Origin: Flavobacteriales bacterium
Lineage (GTDB): Bacteria > Bacteroidota > Bacteroidia > Palsa-965
Assembly (NCBI GenBank): GCA_040377305.1
Contig: JBEIPA010000027.1
Span: 1 to 64,000, forward strand
Length of the DNA: 64,000 nt
Direction of reading: 5' to 3'
Positions 1-8,265 of this stretch are shown piece by piece. The position numbers were made by a program, and so were the translations under genes. Each line of letters starts with the position of its first letter. Within the stretch, counting starts at the first letter, position 1. The notes beneath the pieces are model-generated. The model did no database searches, had not been told where the DNA came from, and saw only the letters and a program-made list of their open reading frames with translations.

Positions 1-1
1 C

Positions 2-157
2 GACCAAATATTTGTTGAACGAGCTTTTCTTTGAGAACCCTGTTTTTGGTTGCGCGCATTGCCGCGCCCCACTAACTCGCCAAAGGAGAGAACCCGGCAA
101 TGCGCGAAAACAAAAAAAGGTAGGGTGGTAATCTGCTCTTTCAACAAATATTTGGTC
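2..157. repeat. Nested long inverted repeat (extended hairpin, possibly MITE/REP-like)
   Basis: Perfect 18-bp outer IR gaccaaatatttgttgaa (2-19) / ttcaacaaatatttggtc (140-157). Perfect 12-bp inner IR cgcgcattgccg (53-64) / cggcaatgcgcg (95-106). Short intermediate pairings gagc/gctc and accct/agggt. Confidence 0.75.
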
Positions 158-175
158 CCCAACGGGACCGCTAAA

Positions 176-212
176 AGGAAAAGTCCTGCCAATCAGAGCC
201 AGGACTTTTCCT
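176..212 (-). terminator. Intrinsic terminator after M43 protease gene 1
   Basis: aggaaaagtcctg...caggacttttcct hairpin just past the stop at 229. Confidence 0.65.
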
Positions 213-228
213 CAATTATATATCGGAT

Positions 229-2367
229 TTATTCATGCGAAGCCGATACATACTTTTGCGTGCTGACCTTGTCGCCAATGGTCATTTGCACCATATAGGT
301 TCCCGGAGCGAGTGCTGCGGTTTCATTCAATGTCATTGTGTAATTGCCGGCAGCTTGTTCGCCTTTGTTTACCGAGGAAATCAAACGCCCGCTGATGTCG
401 AAAATATCCATTTGCACTTTTGCAGATTCTGTAAGCGAATATGCAATCGTGCTGTTTCCGTCACCGGGATTCGGATAGATGTTGAATCCGCCATTCACAC
501 TTGGATCTGTGATTCCAACATTCGTAGAGAGAATATTCAGATCGTCGATGTACAGGTTGTTTGCAATACCATCATCCGGTGAACCGAAAGTGAATTTGAA
601 CAACACATGATCTTCATTGGAGAACGACCCCGGCAGGTTGATTGTAACCTGTTCCCATTCATTCGCATTTTGCGGAACAAAGAACGAAGACGCAAATCCT
701 GCAGTGGGAACATTCATACCCAGGGAAACGTAGCGCGACTGCCATGAAATACCGCAATCAACGGAAGTGTACACACGGAAACACGCATCTGCATTTGAAG
801 ACGCATTGAGTGAGCGCGTTGCATAGGCATACTTGAACTGGAATTGCAATCCTGAATTGAATCGCAGGTCATAAGCTGGTGTAATGAATTCATCACTGTC
901 ACCCGCAATCGACAGTCCGTAGTTGTTGAGCAGTATCGAGCTCGTGCCGGTATACCCAACTCCGGTTGTGTGCTGGAAAATGCTTCCGTTTTGGTAACGA
1001 TCATTTGCAACATAACCCATAAACATCACATTCGCATTCTCAAAACTTTCCTGATACACAGCAGTGAGTGGTGACTGATTTGCACCTACGTAGAAGTAAT
1101 TGTTCTTCGTAACTGTTTGTGAACTGGTTGCGTTGCTTGAAGCGAGTGTTACGTTATACCATCCTGTTTGAGTTAGATTGGTGAACGTTGGATTTTGCTG
1201 TGTAGAGGTGAGTGTAGTTGCACCACATGTTGCAGTCCACGACCATGAAGTTGCAGCGCTTCCCCACGTAAGATCAGTGAGCGTAACACTTCCGCCTTCG
1301 CAAATCATTGTGCGATTTATGTCGAAGTCGGTGTTCGGTGCGCAAACAGGTTGCACATTCAGGCATCCGGTTGCTGTAAGATTCGCAGTGGTCCACAGGT
1401 TGTTTCTGTCGGCAACACTACTGTTCAATGCGTAGTGCATGGCTGCACGTTGTCCGTATGTAAACATGCGCTGGCAGAATGCATACTCCATGTAGTTCTG
1501 TACGTTCTCCGGTTGCCCAAACGTACAAACTGCATTGTTGGTGAGATTGCATGTAGTCCATCCTTTTGTTTGTGGCGTATCCAGAATTCCGTCATCGCCG
1601 CAAGCAACTCCCGGCGCATTGTTGAATCCCCAGGTATGAGGAACGCTGAGGTAGTGACCAACTTCGTGAGTCAATGAACGCGAGCTTGTTGGATTACTTG
1701 TTCCTATGCTTCCTGTTGCATCATGACGAATGATAATTCCATCGAATGGATAATAGAAGCCATCAGCAGCAGCTGGAAAATAAGCATAACCTCCAACTCC
1801 GTCGGCCATGTCTCTTACAACCCAAACGTTAAGATATTTGTCGCGTGGCCACTGATGCAACTTGGAGCCGTCATCACCAACATACGTTTCGAGTGAAGCA
1901 ATACGTTCGATACCATCTGTGCAGTTTCCTTCCGGATCAAGTTGTGCAAGACGGAATTCAATATTGCAATCTGCAGCAATAGAATCGAACGGAGCAACAA
2001 TCTGCGAAGTATCGGCATTCAGTTTTCTGAAATCGCGATTCAGAATATTCATCTGATCAAAAATCTGCGCATCAGAAATATTTTCTGTTCCGTAGTCGTG
2101 AATGATGTGAAACACCACCGGAATAATATAAGTAGGAGGAGAGCTGCTTCGATTGTTATCGAGATTCTCTTTTCCTTCCGTCCAGGAACGTAGGTGAAGA
2201 TCCATCACCTGTTGCTCCATCCCGGGATTTTGCTGGTAAATGTTCTGCATGTGTTCCGTCGAACCGCAGTGGTGTTGCTGCTCTTGTGCGAAAGCAGTGT
2301 TAGCTGACAACGTCGCTACAGCGAACGCCACAGACATAACAGTAGTTTTGGTAAACCCGTTTTTCAT
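229..2367 (-). CDS. T9SS-secreted M43 (pappalysin-type) zinc metalloprotease with PKD-like domain, paralog 1
   Basis: Signal peptide; propeptide Cys (HHCGS); IPVVFHII; zinc motif HEVGHYLSVPH; Met-turn NYMEY; PKD-like WSW/QNP segment; T9SS type A CTD (IYPNP...IFDISGR...GTYMVQ). Confidence 0.9.
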   Translation of the reverse strand: MKNGFTKTTVMSVAFAVATLSANTAFAQEQQHHCGSTEHMQNIYQQNPGMEQQVMDLHLRSWTEGKENLDNNRSSSPPTYIIPVVFHIIHDYGTENISDAQIFDQMNILNRDFRKLNADTSQIVAPFDSIAADCNIEFRLAQLDPEGNCTDGIERIASLETYVGDDGSKLHQWPRDKYLNVWVVRDMADGVGGYAYFPAAADGFYYPFDGIIIRHDATGSIGTSNPTSSRSLTHEVGHYLSVPHTWGFNNAPGVACGDDGILDTPQTKGWTTCNLTNNAVCTFGQPENVQNYMEYAFCQRMFTYGQRAAMHYALNSSVADRNNLWTTANLTATGCLNVQPVCAPNTDFDINRTMICEGGSVTLTDLTWGSAATSWSWTATCGATTLTSTQQNPTFTNLTQTGWYNVTLASSNATSSQTVTKNNYFYVGANQSPLTAVYQESFENANVMFMGYVANDRYQNGSIFQHTTGVGYTGTSSILLNNYGLSIAGDSDEFITPAYDLRFNSGLQFQFKYAYATRSLNASSNADACFRVYTSVDCGISWQSRYVSLGMNVPTAGFASSFFVPQNANEWEQVTINLPGSFSNEDHVLFKFTFGSPDDGIANNLYIDDLNILSTNVGITDPSVNGGFNIYPNPGDGNSTIAYSLTESAKVQMDIFDISGRLISSVNKGEQAAGNYTMTLNETAALAPGTYMVQMTIGDKVSTQKYVSASHE

Positions 2368-2390
2368 TGGTGTATTGGTTTTGATTGGAA

Positions 2391-2456
2391 ACTGATCCGG
2401 ACGGGGATGAACAACGTCGATGTTCCCGGACTTTCACGCCTGCGATGGCGTCAATT
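2391..2456 (-). ncRNA. Candidate structured cis-regulatory 5'-UTR motif, copy 1
   Basis: mRNA sense aattgacgccatcgcaggcgtgaaagtccgggaacatcgacgttgttcatccccgtccggatcagt. Lies between a TAAGTTTG promoter element (2466-2473) and the ATG. Homologous to 4820-4882 with compensatory changes. Confidence 0.55.
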
Positions 2457-2565
2457 CTGATTTAACAAACTTAGAGTTTGTGTTATCCGGATACCATAGA
2501 AAAGCGGGCGATTGCTGTTCTGGCTTTGCAAGTGGTCGACTTTACGGGTTAAGCGTAAAGGGCAT

Positions 2566-2603
2566 AAAAAAAGTCCAGACGATCCTAAAGGATGTCTGGA
2601 CTT
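2566..2603 (-). terminator. Intrinsic terminator after M43 protease gene 2
   Basis: aagtccagac...gtctggactt hairpin preceded by an A-run (U-tract on the minus strand). Confidence 0.75.
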
Positions 2604-2624
2604 AAACTTATTTGAACGGTAAGC

Positions 2625-4796
2625 TTATTCCTGTGCTGTAACTACGTATTTGCGTGTAGTTACGCGATCACCGATTGTCATCTGGATCATATACGTTCCA
2701 GGTGCAAGTGTTCCTTCAGCAACAGGAGCAGTGTAATTTCCTACACCTTGCTCGCCTTTGTTCTGTGAGCTCACTAAACGTCCACTTACATCGTAAACGT
2801 CGATCAATACTTTTGACTCTTCAGTCAATGAATAACCAATCGTGCTGTTTCCGTCGCCAGGGTTTGGATAAACGCTAAACCCGGAACCGTCGTTGATTTC
2901 ATCAACACCTACGTTAGTAGAAAGGATGTTGATATCATCAAGGAACAGGTTGTTTGCGATTCCGTCTTCACCAGAACCGAAGCAGAACTTGAAGCGAACA
3001 TTCGAAAAAGTCGAGTAGTTCGCAGGAAGATTGATTGTGATCAATTCCCATTGGTTCAGGTTAGCCGGAACATAGTAGTCAGTTGATAAACCAGCTGTCG
3101 CGATATTAGAGCCATAAAGTGACCAACGTTGTGTCCATGTCTGTCCGCAATCTGTTGAAGCCAGTAGGCGGAACGACTGAATGTTATTAGTCGCTGCAGT
3201 AGCACCTGTTGCGAAAGCATAGCGGAATGTAAACTGAAGTCCTGAGTTGAAACGTAAGTCGTAAGAAGGAGTAACGAACTCATCGCTGTCACCAGCCAGA
3301 GTTAAGCCGTAGTTGTTCAACATCATACAAGCAGAACCCGTATAAGCTGTTCCTGTAGTACGGTGCCAAGCGCTTCCGTTACCGTACATGTCCTCAGCAA
3401 AATAGCCGAGGTAGTGGTAGTTTGGATCTTCAAAGCTTTCACTGTAAAGTGGAGTAAGCGTCGCCTGATCAGCGCTTACAATGATATAATCAGTCTTGAT
3501 CTCTGTATCACTTCCAGCTGCGTTTGTTGCATCCAACTGTACGGTGTAAACACCAGGAGCCATGTTAGTAAACGATGGGTTCTGTTGAGTTGATGTCAAT
3601 GTTGTTGAACCGCTCGTCAAAGTCCATGACCATGAAGTTGCGCCACTTGACCAAGTGAGATCGGTTAACATCACGGAACTGCCTTCGCATACCATTTCGG
3701 TAGAGTTTGCAGTATTCGGCGGAATCGTCATCTTGAAATCAGCATTCGGTGCGCAAACGGGTTGTGTGTTCAGACATCCTGTAGCGGCAAGGTTATCAGG
3801 TGTCCAAAGATTGTTGCGGTCAGAAGTAGAACTGTTCAGTGCATATTGCATTGCATCTACTTGTCCGTAAGTGAACATTCTGGAGCAGTATGAATAGTCC
3901 ATATAGTTCTGAACGTTCTCTGGTTGTCCAACAGTACAAACTGCATTGTTCGTGAGATTGCACGTAGTCCATCCTTTTGTTTGTGGCGTATCCAGAATTC
4001 CGTCGTCACCGCATGCTACTCCAGGGCTGTTATTGCTTCCCCAAGGATGTGCAAGGTTGAGCCAGTGTCCAACTTCATGAGTAAGTGCACGTGAGGTACC
4101 AACAGAACTTGTTCCGATAGAACCGATGTAATCGTGCAAAATGATGATACCATCGAATGGTTCAAGAAAGCCATCTGTAGCACCAGGATAATATGCATAA
4201 CCTGCAACACCATCTCTCATTTTCTTAACCACCCAGATGTTCAGATACATGTCGCGCGGCCAGCGGTTGAGCTTCGATTCGTCATCCCCAACATACGTTT
4301 CCATAGATGCGATGCGATCGATACCATTAGTGCAATTTCCTTCTGGGTCAAGCTGTGCAAGACGGAACTCAATTTCCGCGTCCGCGTCCAACGTATCGAA
4401 CGGGGCTACGATCTGTGATGTATCAGCGTTGAGTTTGCGGTAATCGCGGTTCAGAATTGCTACCTGATCAAGAATCTGTGCGTCAGAAATATTTTCTGTT
4501 CCATAATCATGCACGATATGAAAAACCACAGGAATGATAAACGGCGTAGGTGTTGCGCTGCGACTGTTGTTCTCTTCGAGATTACGCTTACCTTCCAACA
4601 TCGACGCTGCGGCCTTGGCTTCCGCCTCAGCTTGCAAGCCAGGATATTTCTGATAGAGTTCGTGCAATGCCTGCGTCTGCCCGCACTGCCGATTTTCGTG
4701 CTGGTCAGCTTGTGCGAATGAAGTGTTCGCAGTCAATAAAGAGAACGCAGCCAGCGCGAAGGCTTTTACTGTTGTTTTAGTAATGCTGTTTTTCAT
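2625..4796 (-). CDS. T9SS-secreted M43 zinc metalloprotease with PKD-like domain, paralog 2
   Basis: Start moved to ATG 4796 (MKNSITKTT) to match paralog 1; HEVGHWLNLAH; NYMDY Met-turn; T9SS CTD (VYPNP...GTYMIQ). Confidence 0.9.
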   Translation of the reverse strand: MKNSITKTTVKAFALAAFSLLTANTSFAQADQHENRQCGQTQALHELYQKYPGLQAEAEAKAAASMLEGKRNLEENNSRSATPTPFIIPVVFHIVHDYGTENISDAQILDQVAILNRDYRKLNADTSQIVAPFDTLDADAEIEFRLAQLDPEGNCTNGIDRIASMETYVGDDESKLNRWPRDMYLNIWVVKKMRDGVAGYAYYPGATDGFLEPFDGIIILHDYIGSIGTSSVGTSRALTHEVGHWLNLAHPWGSNNSPGVACGDDGILDTPQTKGWTTCNLTNNAVCTVGQPENVQNYMDYSYCSRMFTYGQVDAMQYALNSSTSDRNNLWTPDNLAATGCLNTQPVCAPNADFKMTIPPNTANSTEMVCEGSSVMLTDLTWSSGATSWSWTLTSGSTTLTSTQQNPSFTNMAPGVYTVQLDATNAAGSDTEIKTDYIIVSADQATLTPLYSESFEDPNYHYLGYFAEDMYGNGSAWHRTTGTAYTGSACMMLNNYGLTLAGDSDEFVTPSYDLRFNSGLQFTFRYAFATGATAATNNIQSFRLLASTDCGQTWTQRWSLYGSNIATAGLSTDYYVPANLNQWELITINLPANYSTFSNVRFKFCFGSGEDGIANNLFLDDINILSTNVGVDEINDGSGFSVYPNPGDGNSTIGYSLTEESKVLIDVYDVSGRLVSSQNKGEQGVGNYTAPVAEGTLAPGTYMIQMTIGDRVTTRKYVVTAQE

Positions 4797-4819
4797 AGTG
4801 TAATTATAATAATCCTGGC

Positions 4820-4882
4820 ACTGATCCAAAGAGGGATGACACGTTTTGTCTCCGGATTTCCGCCTGCCACGACGGGTTAATT
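4820..4882 (-). ncRNA. Candidate structured cis-regulatory 5'-UTR motif, copy 2
   Basis: mRNA sense aattaacccgtcgtggcaggcggaaatccggagacaaaacgtgtcatccctctttggatcagt. Downstream of TAAATTTG (4916-4923) and 23 nt before the ATG, as in copy 1. Confidence 0.55.
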
Positions 4883-5015
4883 GTACGGTTAGTGTGGTGT
4901 GCGATTGTTAACTTTCAAATTTACACTTTTCCCAATACAATCGAAAATTGTTGTTAATAAAAAGCCTCGATTTTGGGCAAATTTTAAGGAGTTTTGTCAG
5001 GACTTTGTAAGTGGT

Positions 5016-6920
5016 TCAGTACCGGAAGTAATCGGTCGTCAAAGTCTGTAAAACGGACTGCCCTTTTTTGAGCAACTGGCTACTATCGGATTGCGGGTTA
5101 TGTTCCGGATCCTGCCAGAACTCGCGCTCGTTATAATCGGCACGGCCATCAATTGACCAGGTCAGCGAAGAGCGCGGTTCAACTATTCCAAATCCTTCTT
5201 CGAAAGAATAATATGCGGAACAATACGGAAGGATTGGAATTGCATTAGTAATACCAAAATAATTCCGGCTGTACCTGAAATCAGAATGGTCTATATTCAT
5301 CTGACCGAGTAACGTTGCAACAAGGTCCGTTTGAGAAATTGTTGGCTCTACCGCAACTCCAGCCCAAGCTGTGTCAATGACATTTCCATATAAAATAAAG
5401 GGAATGCGCCGATACTCCGGCGAAGTGAAGCCGTAACTCAGTGGAGTATTGTGGCTGTGATCGGAAATAAAAACAAACAACGTATTGTCAAACCACGGTT
5501 CCGTTTTCGCTTTTGCGATGAAATCTCCGATACAACTGTCGGCATAGTGGATTGAGTTTACATACTCCTTTTCTTTCCCTCCGAAATTCAAATCCGTGCC
5601 CGATGGAAAATCATACGGTCCATGTGTACTCAATGTAAACATAGCGGCGAAAAACGGTTGCTTTTGATTTTTTAATTCCAGCAATTGGCGTGCAAACAAG
5701 TACTCGTCGTGCACACCCAGCTTCCCCTTCGGAATATGATCATCGAAATGTTCCTGCTCCGTAATTTTATCAAACTCGTTGAAGTACATGTACGACCTGA
5801 TGTTACCATAACTCAATTGCCCGCCAAACATAAACGTCGTGTAGTATCCTGCGTCTTTGAGTTTTTTATTGATACACGGAAGTTTCGTGTATTTATCGGG
5901 TTGAGTAATGATGGAAGTGAGTGGTTGTGCCGGAAACGCAGAAAAAATTGCAGCCATACCCTGATCGGATAAGCTACCGCTGGCGTAACAATCGGTAAAA
6001 CGAACACCTTCTTCAGCCAACGCGTCCATGTGCGGTGCGATGTTGTGCCCTTTGATTCCGTGGAACGACTCGAGGATATCGGCTGACCATCCTTCCAGCA
6101 CCACCAGTACAATGTTTGGTCGCGTAGTGGTAAGAATTCGGGTGGTGCTATCGATTTTGTATTGATGGTAGACTGAATTAAAAAAACGCGTGTTCTCTTC
6201 TTCGCTTAAGAATTTGTAGGGCTCGTTCACTTTGGCATTTTCAATTACGCTGCTCGAAAGATTGAACATGGAATTTACCGAAGCAAGATTGAGTACGTTG
6301 TGCTGCGAGTAATAGGCGTCGCTCAACTGGATCGGAATGGTGTAAAATCCACCGCGAATGCCAATGAAAAGCACAAGCGGAACAATCAGAACAGAAACTG
6401 CAAATCGTCGGCTGCGACGCGCTTCATCAAACTGTTCGGTGAATAGTTTACGGTAGAACCATAGGCTAACCACTGTTCCGAGTGCAGTGAAGAGCAATAT
6501 GGAAATTGTTTGCGTCCAGCTTGCGCTCTGAAAAACTTCAGAAGGATTTCCGAAGAACCAAAGTGCTTTATAATTCAGCTTCGTGTGCCATTCATCATAT
6601 ATAGCGAGTTCGGAAAAAATGAGAATGAAGAAAGCGAAGAATAAAACTCCGTGCACATACGTGTTCACTTTCATAAGCTTTTGCTTACCCGTAAATACGT
6701 GAAGCGTAATGAGCAGGTACGGAAACACCAGCAGATAACAAGTCATCGCCGTGTCAACATACAATCCTTTGATGAATGAAAACAGAACGTGTCCCACAGG
6801 AATTTCTGCAAGCTCTTCCCGGTTCCAGATCAGAAACAGCATCCGTGAGAAAGCAAACAGCACAAGCCAAAACAAATAATGTTTCAGCATTGAAAGCAAC
6901 AGGCGCCGTGCCGACTGCAT
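5016..6920 (-). CDS. LTA synthase family / sulfatase-like membrane phosphoglycerol transferase
   Basis: About five N-terminal TM helices, then an alkaline-phosphatase-fold domain (PNIVLVVLEGW, TLSTHGPY, FISDH). Confidence 0.85.
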   Translation of the reverse strand: MQSARRLLLSMLKHYLFWLVLFAFSRMLFLIWNREELAEIPVGHVLFSFIKGLYVDTAMTCYLLVFPYLLITLHVFTGKQKLMKVNTYVHGVLFFAFFILIFSELAIYDEWHTKLNYKALWFFGNPSEVFQSASWTQTISILLFTALGTVVSLWFYRKLFTEQFDEARRSRRFAVSVLIVPLVLFIGIRGGFYTIPIQLSDAYYSQHNVLNLASVNSMFNLSSSVIENAKVNEPYKFLSEEENTRFFNSVYHQYKIDSTTRILTTTRPNIVLVVLEGWSADILESFHGIKGHNIAPHMDALAEEGVRFTDCYASGSLSDQGMAAIFSAFPAQPLTSIITQPDKYTKLPCINKKLKDAGYYTTFMFGGQLSYGNIRSYMYFNEFDKITEQEHFDDHIPKGKLGVHDEYLFARQLLELKNQKQPFFAAMFTLSTHGPYDFPSGTDLNFGGKEKEYVNSIHYADSCIGDFIAKAKTEPWFDNTLFVFISDHSHNTPLSYGFTSPEYRRIPFILYGNVIDTAWAGVAVEPTISQTDLVATLLGQMNIDHSDFRYSRNYFGITNAIPILPYCSAYYSFEEGFGIVEPRSSLTWSIDGRADYNEREFWQDPEHNPQSDSSQLLKKGQSVLQTLTTDYFRY

Positions 6921-6923
6921 GTA

Positions 6924-7571
6924 TTAACCCTTTATGAGTTCAATAGCTTTATTTCGATCAGGCGCACCGAAAACTGCATTGCCTGCAACGAGAATATCGG
7001 CACCGGCTTCTTCGAGGTTGCGTGCGTTGGAAGGATCACAACCGCCATCCACTTCAATGAGCGTTTCAAGAAAACGCGATTTGATCATCTGTTTCAGTTC
7101 ACGGACTTTCACGATCGTGTGTGGAATAAATTTCTGTCCGCCGAATCCGGGATTTACGCTCATCATCAACACCATGTCGAGTTCGTGAATGATATCTTCC
7201 AGAACATGTACCGGTGTAGCAGGATTGAGCACAACACTAGCCTTCATGCCCAGCGATTTGATCGTCTGAATTGTGCGGTGCAAATGTGTACATGCTTCAT
7301 AGTGAACCGAACACATATACGTTCCGTGCTTTGCGAATTCTTCGAGGTACAAATCTGCATTCTGAATCATCAGATGCACATCAAGTGGTTTCTTCGCTTC
7401 TTTCTGCAACGCTTTCATCACCGGAAATCCGAAAGAAATATTCGGTACGAAAACGCCGTCCATGATATCAACGTGAAACCAATCGGCTTTGCTGTTGTTG
7501 ATGAACTGAATATCTTCACTCAACTTACCGAAATCGGCAGAGAGTACAGATGGAGCAATTAGAACGGACAT
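6924..7571 (-). CDS. rpe: Ribulose-phosphate 3-epimerase
   Basis: IAPSVLSADF, HVDIMDGVFVPN, DVHLMI, MSVNPGFGGQKF, EVDGG. Confidence 0.97.
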   Translation of the reverse strand: MSVLIAPSVLSADFGKLSEDIQFINNSKADWFHVDIMDGVFVPNISFGFPVMKALQKEAKKPLDVHLMIQNADLYLEEFAKHGTYMCSVHYEACTHLHRTIQTIKSLGMKASVVLNPATPVHVLEDIIHELDMVLMMSVNPGFGGQKFIPHTIVKVRELKQMIKSRFLETLIEVDGGCDPSNARNLEEAGADILVAGNAVFGAPDRNKAIELIKG

Positions 7572-7649
7572 ACTTCAGATTTGAAAGCCAAAGTTAACAA
7601 GAACCACGCAATAGCGGGCAACGTAGAATAGGTTTACTTTTGATGCCAA

Positions 7650-8192
7650 ATGAAACAGACCAATCTTGTACTAGCATTTTGCTTCATGGCGCTCATGAGT
7701 TGCAAAAAAGGGAAGAACAACAGTGAAGCATGCAATGGCGACACGCGTCGCGATGTTAAACTGATGAACGATGTTCTTGCTGCGAATGTTGACACCGCTT
7801 CCGTATTTACCACCATTGAAGATTTGGGTGCGTTGGATGTACCGGAGGTGAAGAGTGAAACGGAAAGACAAGCTGTAGAAATGAAAGTGTATACTGTACG
7901 TTGTACCGTTGAGGAAGTTGATCGTAAGCGCGACGGCGATTATCACATACTGCTGAAGAGCGGAGATAAATATCTGATCGCGGAAGTTCCAAATCCAGAA
8001 TGTGATTACGCCTCCGTATCACCGTTTGTCAATCAGTTCACAGCTGCTTTGGATTTTGTTGAATCAAACGATCTGGAAGGACGTGAAGTGGAAATAACCG
8101 GAGTTGCATTCGTAGACATCGACCATCACTATTCGCGCAAGCAGGCAGACAATAACATTGAACTGCATCCTGTTCTCCGCATTCGTTTTTAG
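7650..8192 (+). CDS. Hypothetical lipoprotein, probable OB-fold
   Basis: Lipobox LMSC; DGDYHI / AEVP / ITGVAFVD / IELHPV motifs; TACTTTTG promoter element at 7635-7642. Confidence 0.6.
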   Translation: MKQTNLVLAFCFMALMSCKKGKNNSEACNGDTRRDVKLMNDVLAANVDTASVFTTIEDLGALDVPEVKSETERQAVEMKVYTVRCTVEEVDRKRDGDYHILLKSGDKYLIAEVPNPECDYASVSPFVNQFTAALDFVESNDLEGREVEITGVAFVDIDHHYSRKQADNNIELHPVLRIRF

Positions 8193-8208
8193 AAAGTGTG
8201 GCAAAATG

Positions 8209-8244
8209 GAAAACCCTCATCGTTGAATGGCGATGAGGGTTTTC
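8209..8244. terminator. Bidirectional terminator between convergent genes
   Basis: gaaaaccctcatcg / cgatgagggttttc 14-bp stem. Confidence 0.75.
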
Positions 8245-8265
8245 TATTGGCTTAAGATTTTGCCG

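Noticed and set aside
2441-2453. GCGATGGCGTC resembling the start of a fluoride riboswitch
   Set aside because: It is on the strand opposite the gene, lacks the 3' CTRATG element and is not conserved in the second copy.
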